Assembly: GCA_964549615.1 (NCBI GenBank)
Contig: CAZJVP010000041.1
Location: 1-26,735 of the forward strand
Length of the DNA stretch: 26,735 bases
Direction of reading: 5' to 3'
Source of the DNA: an uncultured Thermococci archaeon
GTDB lineage: Archaea > CAYQAE01 > CAYVLA01
Of the stretch, positions 16,529-25,612 are shown piece after piece. A program made the translations under genes and the position numbers. The number at the start of each line of letters is the position of its first letter. The first letter of the stretch is position 1. Under the pieces are notes generated by a model. That model searched no databases and was not told the DNA's origin. It saw only the letters and a program-made list of their open reading frames with translations.

Positions 16529-17923
16529 TCAGCGTGCGCTGGCGAACGCGTTCACGACGACCTCGGTCAGCGATGGGTGGATGTGGACGGCGCTTAAGAT
16601 GTTCATCGCGGTCGCGTTGGGGCAGTTCATGACGTTGACGACCTCTTGGACAAGCTCCGGAGCGTAGCGCCCGACGATGTGGCAGCCAAGGATTCTTTGG
16701 GTCTTCCTCTCGACGATGACCTTCACGAATCCAGGGGGCTTGCCCATCGCAACCCCCTTGGCCGTATCGGCGTAGTCCCATCTGCCGACCATCACGTCGT
16801 ATCCCTTCGTCCTGGCCTCCTGCTCGGTCAGCCCGACCGATCCTATCTGGGGGTTGCCGTAGACGGCATGCGGAATGGTGGAGAAATCGACGGCCGTCTT
16901 GTGACCATGGCCATGGCCGGGCAGCTCCAAGTGGGCGTTGCTCCAGGCAATGCTGGACTCGTAGTTTGCAGCATGCCTGTACATGTAGACTCCCAACGCA
17001 TCCCCAAACGCCCATATCCTCGGCTTGGTCGTCTCCAGGTACTCGTTGACCTTGATGTAACCCCTCTCGTTGGTCTCAACGCCGGTCCTTTCGGGATGAA
17101 GGACGTCGGCGTTCGATACGCGCCCCGCTGCCACCAACAAAGCGTCGGCCTTAAGCTCGATCAGCTTGTCGCTGGAAAGGTCCCGGGCAGTCACCTTCTT
17201 GATCTCTCCCTCTTGGTCGACGTGCTCGACGCGATGCCTGACCAAGACCTGCATGCTCTTCATCATCTCCTGGTGTAGCAGCTGCGATATCTCGGGCTCC
17301 TCCTGGGCGAGGATCCTTGGTCCCATCTCAAGGACGGTGACCTCCGTCCCGAAGCTTGAGAAGAAGTGGGCGAACTCGACGCCGACGAAGCCGCCGCCTA
17401 TGATGATCATCGCGTCGGGCCTGTCGTCCAGGCCGAAGATCGTCTCGTTCGTGTAGTACTGCACCTTGTCTATCCCCGGGATGGGTGGGATCAGGGGCCT
17501 AGAGCCGGAGGCAATGAATATCATGTTTCCCTTGATCTTCTCCTTTCCGGTCTTCAGGGTGTAGTCGCCCACGAACTCACCGGTCTCCCTATACCATGTC
17601 AGCGCAGGGTGGTGCATCGCCGAGTGCTCCAACGGCTTCCTCTCCTCCCTCACATAGTCCCTGGTCCTCTGCATGATGGACTTGAAATTGGCGGATTCCA
17701 CCTTGGCGTGGACGCCCAGCTGGTGCGCCTCTTTGAGCAAGGCCAAAATGTCAGCCGGGTAGATGACCATCTTCGACGGTATGCATCCGTTGTTAAGACA
17801 GGTGCCGCCCCAGAGTCCGTGCTCCAGGACAGCAACCCTTAGGCCGTGGTTCACTGCCTGGGCTGCAACGTTCATGCCCGAGCCGGATCCGATTACCACC
17901 ACATCGAATTTCCTCTCAAACAT
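16529..17923 (-). CDS. Pyridine nucleotide-disulfide oxidoreductase (dihydrolipoamide dehydrogenase / mycothione reductase-like)
   Basis: VVVIGSGSG, redox disulfide GGTCLNNGCIPSK, IIGGGFVGVE and HPSLTE. Start moved to ATG 17923. Confidence 0.92.
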   Translation of the reverse strand: MFERKFDVVVIGSGSGMNVAAQAVNHGLRVAVLEHGLWGGTCLNNGCIPSKMVIYPADILALLKEAHQLGVHAKVESANFKSIMQRTRDYVREERKPLEHSAMHHPALTWYRETGEFVGDYTLKTGKEKIKGNMIFIASGSRPLIPPIPGIDKVQYYTNETIFGLDDRPDAMIIIGGGFVGVEFAHFFSSFGTEVTVLEMGPRILAQEEPEISQLLHQEMMKSMQVLVRHRVEHVDQEGEIKKVTARDLSSDKLIELKADALLVAAGRVSNADVLHPERTGVETNERGYIKVNEYLETTKPRIWAFGDALGVYMYRHAANYESSIAWSNAHLELPGHGHGHKTAVDFSTIPHAVYGNPQIGSVGLTEQEARTKGYDVMVGRWDYADTAKGVAMGKPPGFVKVIVERKTQRILGCHIVGRYAPELVQEVVNVMNCPNATAMNILSAVHIHPSLTEVVVNAFASAR

Positions 17924-17955
17924 TGTAACCCTCTGCATCGGCTTCGCTTGCGTCT

Positions 17956-17968
17956 GATAAGTCGTTTG
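17956..17968 (-). promoter_or_regulatory. Putative BRE/TATA promoter (CAAACGACTTATC)
   Basis: TTATC begins 37 nt before ATG 17923. Confidence 0.5.
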
Positions 17969-18462
17969 GTAGGTCCCGTTCGTTGCCTGACATGGGACGG
18001 GGCCTCTTTGGCCTAATGGGAACCAGGCAGAGTTTGAGTATGCCGACTTCCGGACGCCCCACATAGCTGCACCACGCGCCAGACCGCAAGCAACAAGAAC
18101 ACGGAAACCGCTGAGTCAGGACAAGACTCCCTTGGATCAGACAACGTTGAGACTGCCTGAATATGCGCATATCCAGTGATGGCCAGAGGTATCCAGTCCC
18201 TCACCTCGAATCGCAGGAATCAGCCCCCGTGTAGAAGCTATGATTGGATCGTATGTTTCTCGATCATGGACCTTGAGACAGGCTAGGCATAGAGCCCGCA
18301 TGCCAAGTTCGCCAGTCTCCAGATTTGTTTTGTCCGACCTGGCATCGTTTACCAGGAAGCTTTCGCTCGGCGCTCGGCACGCGGCAGTAAGCTATTTCTC
18401 TTGGATTGACGGTCATCAACCTCGACAACGGGGAGCGCAGGGATCCCGCGGAGGCTTAGTCC

Positions 18463-19530
18463 ATGAAAGGCAAAAGGTACAACCATGAAAGGATAGCGAG
18501 GCAAGATTCTGCAACCGGCGTTCGGGTGCTCCAGCTCACAAGCTTCCCGACGATGAGCATGACCATCGGCTACACCCAGAACATCTTCTCGCAGGACTCA
18601 AGCAAGCTCATCTTCCTTTCCCAGAGGACCCCACAGAGGGATTCTCCATGGGACCTCTTCATGGTCGGCTCAGATGGGTCGGGCCTGGTACAGCTCACCG
18701 ACGTCGATGACCTGAGGAGCCCTCAGCTCTCGCCCGACGGGAAGACCGCGTACTACATCCGGGGCCCATCGCTTTGGGCTGTCGACACCCAAACCTTCCA
18801 GGAGAGGGAGGTGGCAGTGCTCGAGGGCGCAAGTGCGGTGTATGGTAGCCACCTCAGCCCCGATGGCCGCTACTTCTTCATCCCGATGAGCCGGGCAAGA
18901 AAGAGCACCGACTGGCAGCAGATGCTCAAGGACAACCTGCTAGTCAGGTTCGACATAAGAAAGGGGGTGGCGGAGCCGATAGCCGAAAACTGGGTGGCGA
19001 CCGCCAACGACCCCGAGGGCAAGGGGCTCATGTGCATCAACTTCACGGGCAAGCAGAAGGTGTATGGCTTCCTGCGCTACGACGGCGCCCTGGAGGGGAT
19101 ATTCACGACCACCCATGACTTCGCCCATTCGACGCTGCTGGGCCCGACGGTCCGCGTTCAGGGCTGTGCTCTTTACCCGGAGCGGGCCATACTGACCGTG
19201 GGCTTGGGCGAGGAGGTACCCAAGCCGCTGGTGAAGGGCCCTTACTTCTGGCATTCCAGCTCCAACCTTGACGGGAGATGGATCGTGTCCGACACCAACT
19301 GGCCCAACGAGGGACTGAAGCTCATCTCGGTTGAGAGGAGGTCGTTCAAGACGCTGCTTTACCCGGGCAATTCGGCCGGGCATCCCCAGTGGACGCACCC
19401 GCATCCGAGCTTCTCGCCGGATGGGCGTAAGGTGCTGTATAACTCGGATGCTACCGGGATCTGCCAGCTCTACCTAGCCGAGATTCCGGAGGATCTTCTC
19501 CTGCCAGAAAACTACGGCACTGCTACCTAA
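18463..19530 (+). CDS. Oligogalacturonate lyase / TolB-like beta-propeller protein
   Basis: DSATGVRVLQLT, F.QDSSKLIFLS, SPDG repeats and C-terminal HPHPSFSPDGRKVLYNSD; GGAGG ribosome-binding site. Confidence 0.75.
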   Translation: MKGKRYNHERIARQDSATGVRVLQLTSFPTMSMTIGYTQNIFSQDSSKLIFLSQRTPQRDSPWDLFMVGSDGSGLVQLTDVDDLRSPQLSPDGKTAYYIRGPSLWAVDTQTFQEREVAVLEGASAVYGSHLSPDGRYFFIPMSRARKSTDWQQMLKDNLLVRFDIRKGVAEPIAENWVATANDPEGKGLMCINFTGKQKVYGFLRYDGALEGIFTTTHDFAHSTLLGPTVRVQGCALYPERAILTVGLGEEVPKPLVKGPYFWHSSSNLDGRWIVSDTNWPNEGLKLISVERRSFKTLLYPGNSAGHPQWTHPHPSFSPDGRKVLYNSDATGICQLYLAEIPEDLLLPENYGTAT

Positions 19531-19566
19531 AACGGACCCAGTAAAACCCGACACGGATGTGAGGAC

Positions 19567-21501
19567 TTGCCTAGAAACGCCTACCAACACATGGTTCACG
19601 ACTACTACGTCGAGAGGGTTCGGGCAATAGGCGCCCGAAGGAGCGAGGAGCTAGGCTCCATCCGCACCAGAAGGGATGTGGTGAGCTACCAGCGCAAGGT
19701 GCGGCGGGCAGCGAACCGTGCCTTCAGACCTCGCCCGCCCAGGACGCCCCTCAACCCCTCCACCACCGGGCGGATCGAGCTGGAGCACCTCGACATCGAG
19801 AAGGTTCTCTTCGAGAGCAGGCCGGGCTGTCTGGTCACGGGGAACCTCTATCTTCCAAAAGATCTCTCCGGCAGAGCGCCGGGCGTGCTGGCGCCCTGCG
19901 GCCATACGGACAACGGCAAGGCCGCGCCGCTGTACCAGCAGTTCTGCCAGAGGCTGGCCAGGGCCGGGTTCGTGGTGCTCATCTACGACCCCTTCAGCCA
20001 GGGGGAGAGGGACCAGTACTATGGAGTGCAGGACCCGCTGGTCAGCCAGAATACCTTCGCCCACAACATGATGGGCAAACAGCTGGAGCTGCTAGGCGAA
20101 TGGTTCGGCATGTGGCGGGCCTGGGACGGGGTCCGGGCCCTGGACTATCTGCTCACGAGGCCGGAGGTAGATCGCAGACGGATCGGCGTGACCGGCAACT
20201 CGGGCGGCGGGACCCTGAGCGAGTGGCTCTGGGCGATCGATGAGCGAATCAAGATCGCCGCTCCCGGCTGCTTCGTCACAACCTATTTGGCCAATCTCGA
20301 GAACGAGGAGCCCCAGGACAGCGAGCAGTATCCACCCGGTATCCTCGGCGCTGGCTTGGAGATGGTCGACCCGATGATGGTCCGGGCGCCCGAGCCCGTC
20401 CTGCTCATGGGGCAGGCCTATGACTATTTCGACAGGAGGGGACTCATCAGGGCCTACCGTGATCTCAGGCACATCTACGAGATCCTCGGAAAGCCCGAGA
20501 ACGTACAGCTGCAGATCGGCCCTCACGGGCACGGGTTCTTCAGGGAAAACCAAGAGGCCATGGTCAGGTTCTTCGCCAAGCATGCGGGCCTGCCCTCCCC
20601 CCCGCCGGTCGAGGATCCCGAGGCCCTGCCAGACCGGACTCTCTGGGCCACGCCGACCGGGAGCACGATCGCCGCGGGAGCCAAGCCCATCTACAAGTAC
20701 ATAGGGGAGAAGGCCTCAGAGCTTGCTGCGCGGAGGAAGGTCCACGGCCTGCGCTGGCTGAGAGCGCGCGTCCGGAGCGTGCTGGGCATCGAACCCAGAA
20801 GGAGTCTGCCGCACTACAGGATCCTGCGCCCAGACAACCTCGGCGGCCGGCGATTCGGGCGATACGCCATCGAGACCGAGCCCGGCATCAGGGTCATCCT
20901 CAGGAAGTTCGTGCTCCAACCAGAAAGGTCAAACGCGCTCGAGGCGGAGCAGGAGCTAGCACTGTACCTCCCCAACCTCTCTGCGGAGCAGGAGGTCGAG
21001 GAGTACGCCTCGGCGTCCGCGCCCCAGCCGTCGTACGCTCTCGACCCAAGGGGCATGGGCGAGTCGATGCCCGAGGGCGGCGTCGACGGCTACTTCCACC
21101 CCTACGGCCTTGACTACATGTTCCATGGCTTTGGCCTGATGCTGGGCCAGAGCTACCTTGGTAGGAGGGTTCACGATGTCCTTTCGACCATGGACCTGCT
21201 CGGGCATCTTGGTGCACGCAGAATCAACCTCTGTGGCAGAGGGCAGGGATCCATCATCGCGCTGTTCTCAGCTCTTCTCCACCCGCTCGTCAATCGGGTG
21301 ACGCTGAAGAATGGCCCCCGCTCCTTTGGAGAGTGGGCGCAGGTGCCGATCGTGTCCTGGCCCGCGGCCAACTTCCCTTGGGGAGTGCTAAGGGATTTTG
21401 ACATTCCGGATCTCATCCGGGCCTTGGGGGGCAGGGTTTCGGTTGTTGAACCGTGGGGGCCGGACATGAAGCCGATGGCCGCCGGAGCAACAGCAACCTA
21501 G
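19567..21501 (+). CDS. Two-domain alpha/beta hydrolase (acetyl xylan esterase / dienelactone hydrolase-like)
   Basis: FESRPG.LVTGNLYLP, CGH..NGK, GVTGNSGGG nucleophile elbow and HGHGF; the second domain has a degenerate GRGQGS. Confidence 0.85.
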   Translation: MPRNAYQHMVHDYYVERVRAIGARRSEELGSIRTRRDVVSYQRKVRRAANRAFRPRPPRTPLNPSTTGRIELEHLDIEKVLFESRPGCLVTGNLYLPKDLSGRAPGVLAPCGHTDNGKAAPLYQQFCQRLARAGFVVLIYDPFSQGERDQYYGVQDPLVSQNTFAHNMMGKQLELLGEWFGMWRAWDGVRALDYLLTRPEVDRRRIGVTGNSGGGTLSEWLWAIDERIKIAAPGCFVTTYLANLENEEPQDSEQYPPGILGAGLEMVDPMMVRAPEPVLLMGQAYDYFDRRGLIRAYRDLRHIYEILGKPENVQLQIGPHGHGFFRENQEAMVRFFAKHAGLPSPPPVEDPEALPDRTLWATPTGSTIAAGAKPIYKYIGEKASELAARRKVHGLRWLRARVRSVLGIEPRRSLPHYRILRPDNLGGRRFGRYAIETEPGIRVILRKFVLQPERSNALEAEQELALYLPNLSAEQEVEEYASASAPQPSYALDPRGMGESMPEGGVDGYFHPYGLDYMFHGFGLMLGQSYLGRRVHDVLSTMDLLGHLGARRINLCGRGQGSIIALFSALLHPLVNRVTLKNGPRSFGEWAQVPIVSWPAANFPWGVLRDFDIPDLIRALGGRVSVVEPWGPDMKPMAAGATAT

Positions 21502-21565
21502 CTCCGTGGAACGGTATGCTGGTAAATCCAATTGCATCGGTGATCGGGGGAGAAGGCTGATCACT

Positions 21566-23050
21566 TCAGAATGTGGGATGGCTTGGCAGTTGATCTTGGA
21601 GAACCCAATCCCGTCCCTTGCAGGCACTCAGAGAGCCTACGGCAATCACTACCAGGAGCGCCTCTAGTGCTAGGTTCTCTGGGATCCGGAACCAGAGGGA
21701 GTTCGAGTAGGCTGACTTTAGGCTTAGCCAGTCCTGGTTGTTCTGGTACTCGGCTGGATAGGCGGAGTGGTAGTACTCGGGCCAAGGGGACTTTGCCGGG
21801 TATCGGCCGTTCAAGGTTAGGCAGTAGACTTGAGTTCCTTTGAAGAAATCGCCGTGGTACCTGTCAGCGCTGAGTTCACAGATCCATTCAGACCTGCCAT
21901 CACCATCGATGTCGCCCCACCAGCCGCCGTTCTCCTGCCTTCCGCCAACACCGATGAACTCGTTGAGATAGAAGGCCTCCAGCTCAGCGGTCCCTGCATC
22001 CGTTACGATCGGAAATGGGCCAACCACAACACCTCCAACCTGTCGTCACCATCGATATCAGCTATCAGCTGGTAGGCCGATTCCTCATCGGCTGTCGCCC
22101 CCGGCGGGAGCACTCCTTCCTCGGCCAATCTAGTGACGTTCACCTCCCACTTCAGGCCCGGGGCCACGTCACTAATGTCGAGGCAGAACATACGCAAGCT
22201 GGACATGATCGCCATGTCCATGCCGCCATCGCCGTCCACATCGCCCATCGCCTGACACATCAGGATCTTCTCCTCCGGCTGCAGATTCCACCTCCAAAGC
22301 TCCCTTCCGTAGAAGGTGAGACAGAACACTCCGCCCGGACCCTGGGTGCAGAACACTGCCTCATACTCATGGTCTCCGTTCACATCTGCCACGATGACTG
22401 GCTGATAATTCAGACTGGGGACGTTCTCGAAGACCCACTCCTCCCTCCCGTCTCGGGCATCAACACAGTAGACCCTTCCCCCGTTGTTCGCCCAGACAAT
22501 CTCGAACGCACCGTCTTGGTCGATGTCGCATATCGTAGGGGGACCGTTGTTGGGTCCAGGTCCACCCACAAAGGTCCAGACCAGTTCCCCTTCATGGCTC
22601 ACCCGATGAATCTCGCCCAGATAGTCGTTCACGAAAAACTCCACGAATCTGTCCCCATCAACATCCAACGCCTGCGGAGGGCCGTGCATATCACATCTGT
22701 TGGGATTGTCCCAGAACCAGTAGATCGAACCATCCGGGTTGATCACGTGGAGTCTCCCACCCATCCCCGCCAGGCATATCTCGCATATGCCGTCATTGTT
22801 AACATCAACAAGGGACACCTTGCTGGTTGGCGGCCCGGGAAGTGGATCGGCTAGCGCAAAGAGTGACCATGCAAGCTCCAGCAAAGCACTACCTGAAATC
22901 GTTGTGCACACCCATCGCTCTAGATCTAGAGAAGCCGCTCAGGCCCAGCAAGCATTTCAGGAACATGTGGCCCCGCAGATGGGACTGGGACCTAGTCCAG
23001 CTAAGGGAAGCAATGAGAAGCGGGAGGATGGAAAGGATCGGTGAAGCCAA
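21566..23050 (-). pseudogene. FG-GAP/VCBS repeat surface protein, frameshifted (ORFs 22003-22911 and 21566-22027)
   Basis: DxDGD repeats occur in both ORFs. One extra C at 22017-22019 would join LWLA to PFPIVTD. A signal-peptide-like stretch at about 23050-22990 is in another frame, and the C-terminus is IPE plus a hydrophobic segment. Confidence 0.7.
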
Positions 23051-23673
23051 GTGCGAGATAGTCGTCGTTATGTTGCGTCAAGTACTTACTCGATGAACTT
23101 GAGGGCAAAACCCCCAGATCGCCAAGACCGAAGCGCGAACGGGCGCTGCGATGCGGGCGAGACGCGAGGGCTCCACACAATGCCATTGGGGAACCCACGA
23201 ATGGACCATGTTTTTCCTTAGTACGGTGGAGCTAGAGTGTATGTCGCCCCTCGAGGATCGTTCGGCCCGGGCCCAACGAAATTGTGTTTTCCTGGAAATA
23301 TTTCGCCCCTTCTTGACCGGGTCCGGGTGGTTCCTCGTTCCTTGGCCCATGTTTTCTGCTCGGATACACTGGCGAGGAGTTGGTCGGAATGGGCAGATGA
23401 GGAGGAAGATCCATAGTCGACCCAGAGCTACCATACCTGCAACCTCAACGTTCGGAGTTGATGGGTAGGCATCGCCGGGCCCAATCCCGGCCTTGAGCGA
23501 CAGGGTCTGCATTATTGACCCCTAGAGGCCCAACATGAAACCGACACCCGCCTAGGTGGCATCATCCCAACTGGGCGACGGAGCCGGGAGCGTACAGTCA
23601 AGCAGAAAAAGTGAAACCAGGGGATCAAGCAGGGCGACTCTCCGAGCTGCTCGCTGCTCGATGACGCAGTGCA

Positions 23674-24411
23674 CTATCTCGCCGACTCGACCCGGACTAT
23701 TCTGCCGTCAACCATGTTCGCCGTCCTGTCTGCCTGTCCTGCGAGCCGGGCATCATGGGTTGCGACTACGATGGCTATTCCCCGATCCTTCTGCCCAAGC
23801 AGCGTGTCGATGATCAGCTTGCCGGTGGCACTGTCAAGGTTGCCGGTTGGCTCATCAGCCAGTATGACGGACGGCTTGATGACCAAGGCTCGCGCTATGG
23901 CGACCCTTTGCTGTTCGCCCCCCGATAGCTCGGCCGGGAAATGATCACACCTCTCTGAAAGGCCAACCTCCTCCAGAGCCTGCAGAGCGGCATTCTTTGA
24001 ATCCTTGTCATTCTTACCCGCGAAGAACAGAGGCAGGGCTACGTTCTCAAGGGCGGTCCGGTTGGGGATCAGGTTGTAGAACTGGAACACGAAGCCTATC
24101 CTTCTTCTCCTCAGATCCGAAAGCTCCGGGTCCCTGAGGCTTGCAAGATTCTTCGACTCAAAGAGAACCTCTCCCTGGCTGGGGATGTCCAGACCACCCA
24201 ACAGGTTCAGAAGCGTCGTCTTCCCACAGCCGGAAGGACCCAGGATCGCCAAGCTCTCCCCCCTACGAATAGCTAGGCTCACATCCCTCAGAGCATGTAT
24301 CTTCTGCCTTCCCATATCGTAGGTCTTAGAGATATGGTTGGCAACGATCAGGTATTCAGAATGTTTGGGGCGTTCAGAATATTCAGGGCGTTCGAGATCC
24401 CTATTCCTCAT
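23674..24411 (-). CDS. ABC transporter ATP-binding protein (LolD/MacB family)
   Basis: GPSGCGKTT, IGFVFQFYNL, LSGGEQQRVAIARAL, DEPTGNLD and ATHD. Confidence 0.96.
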   Translation of the reverse strand: MRNRDLERPEYSERPKHSEYLIVANHISKTYDMGRQKIHALRDVSLAIRRGESLAILGPSGCGKTTLLNLLGGLDIPSQGEVLFESKNLASLRDPELSDLRRRRIGFVFQFYNLIPNRTALENVALPLFFAGKNDKDSKNAALQALEEVGLSERCDHFPAELSGGEQQRVAIARALVIKPSVILADEPTGNLDSATGKLIIDTLLGQKDRGIAIVVATHDARLAGQADRTANMVDGRIVRVESAR

Positions 24412-25612
24412 GTCGCAAAACCTCCACGGGGGCTATTCCAGAAGCCTTGATGCTGGGGATCATGGAGGCAACCAACCCTATGGCTAAGGCGATGAGAGCA
24501 GGGTAAGCCAACGTGCCCCAGGTTATCGGGAACATTGCGTACAGGCCACGGCTGTACCAGAATTGGGGTGCATACCTCCTAAATATCAGGGTGTTAGCTC
24601 CGCCGCCCAGAGCCATCCCGACCACGACCCCGATGATGAGGAAAACGATCACGGCTGAGAGGTGTTCGAAGAGGAAGAGGGCTAGGATCTGTCTCCTCGT
24701 TGCCCCCACGCTGCGCATGATCCCGATCTCGCGTCTGCGCACAAGGGACAGATACTGGAAACCATTGACCAGAGTGACCGACCCGATAGCAGTGGCCGCC
24801 CCCGAAACGAGTACAAGAAAGAAGGACCACCGGCGGCGCATCTCCACCGACTCCTCATGTCGCACAAGCTCAGAATCGAAAAAGACCGGCATGCCGTCGT
24901 ACCTGGCGGCAAGCTCACGGTAGGCCGCCACCAGATCCTCCGGGTTTGAGAACGCTACCAGGATGCTGCTGATTGGGATGTGGGGGTTGCGCCGTCCGAA
25001 AGCGATGGCATACTTGAAGACTTGGGACACAGGTGGCCTGAAGAGCCCTGTCACCGTGAACTCCTCCCCATCGATCGGCCTGCCCTCGACAGACTCGCCC
25101 CAGCGGTTTGTCGCTTGGAAACAAACCACATCCCCCACTTTGATTCCTGCCAGGTAGGGCGCAAACGAGCTGATCGATGTGGAGACAACGATCTCGTTCG
25201 CTGTAATAGGCAGCCTCCCCGAAACCACCTCCAGATCCCGGAAGGAATCCGTCAAGATAAACCGGGGTATTGGCGTAGCAGGACTGGTCTGGTTCCAGAC
25301 GAAGAAGGCTGGAAGTTCCGTGAAAGGAGTGATCCACCGCACGCCTCTCATCCGTCCGACCTTCTCCAGTTCGTCTTGGCTGAAGATCTGTTGAAACAGG
25401 ACTGGGTAGGGCGCTGGGCGCAAGACCAGCTCGACTCCAGATGCGTTGGGGGCGCCAGTTAGTTCTGCAAGTCCAAACCCGGTGCCTCCCGCAGCAACGA
25501 TCAGAAGAGCTGTCATCAGGGCAATGCCTAGGATAAACGCTGTTGCGGACACCAGCAGTCTTCTGAGGTTTCGCCTCATGTCTCTTAGCGCAAAGCCAAC
25601 CCACCGCTCCAT
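24401..25612 (-). CDS. ABC permease, FtsX/MacB family
   Basis: N-terminal transmembrane helix, large soluble loop, RRREIGIMRSVGA motif, three C-terminal helices and the PVEVLR end. Confidence 0.92.
   Translation of the reverse strand: MERWVGFALRDMRRNLRRLLVSATAFILGIALMTALLIVAAGGTGFGLAELTGAPNASGVELVLRPAPYPVLFQQIFSQDELEKVGRMRGVRWITPFTELPAFFVWNQTSPATPIPRFILTDSFRDLEVVSGRLPITANEIVVSTSISSFAPYLAGIKVGDVVCFQATNRWGESVEGRPIDGEEFTVTGLFRPPVSQVFKYAIAFGRRNPHIPISSILVAFSNPEDLVAAYRELAARYDGMPVFFDSELVRHEESVEMRRRWSFFLVLVSGAATAIGSVTLVNGFQYLSLVRRREIGIMRSVGATRRQILALFLFEHLSAVIVFLIIGVVVGMALGGGANTLIFRRYAPQFWYSRGLYAMFPITWGTLAYPALIALAIGLVASMIPSIKASGIAPVEVLRHEE

Noticed and set aside
16529-17923. Mercuric reductase MerA
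   Set aside because: There is no C-terminal Cys-Cys pair, and it has the HPxxxE motif of disulfide reductases.
18013-18204. 63-aa ORF with a short hydrophobic stretch
   Set aside because: No recognisable motif or clear initiation signal; it could be a remnant but this is unsupported.
23078-23512. 144-aa ORF and overlapping ORFs
   Set aside because: No family motif and atypical composition; probably intergenic or decayed sequence.
24350-24395. Short direct repeat encoding ERPEYSERPKHSEY
   Set aside because: A small in-frame duplication in a variable N-terminus, not an array.
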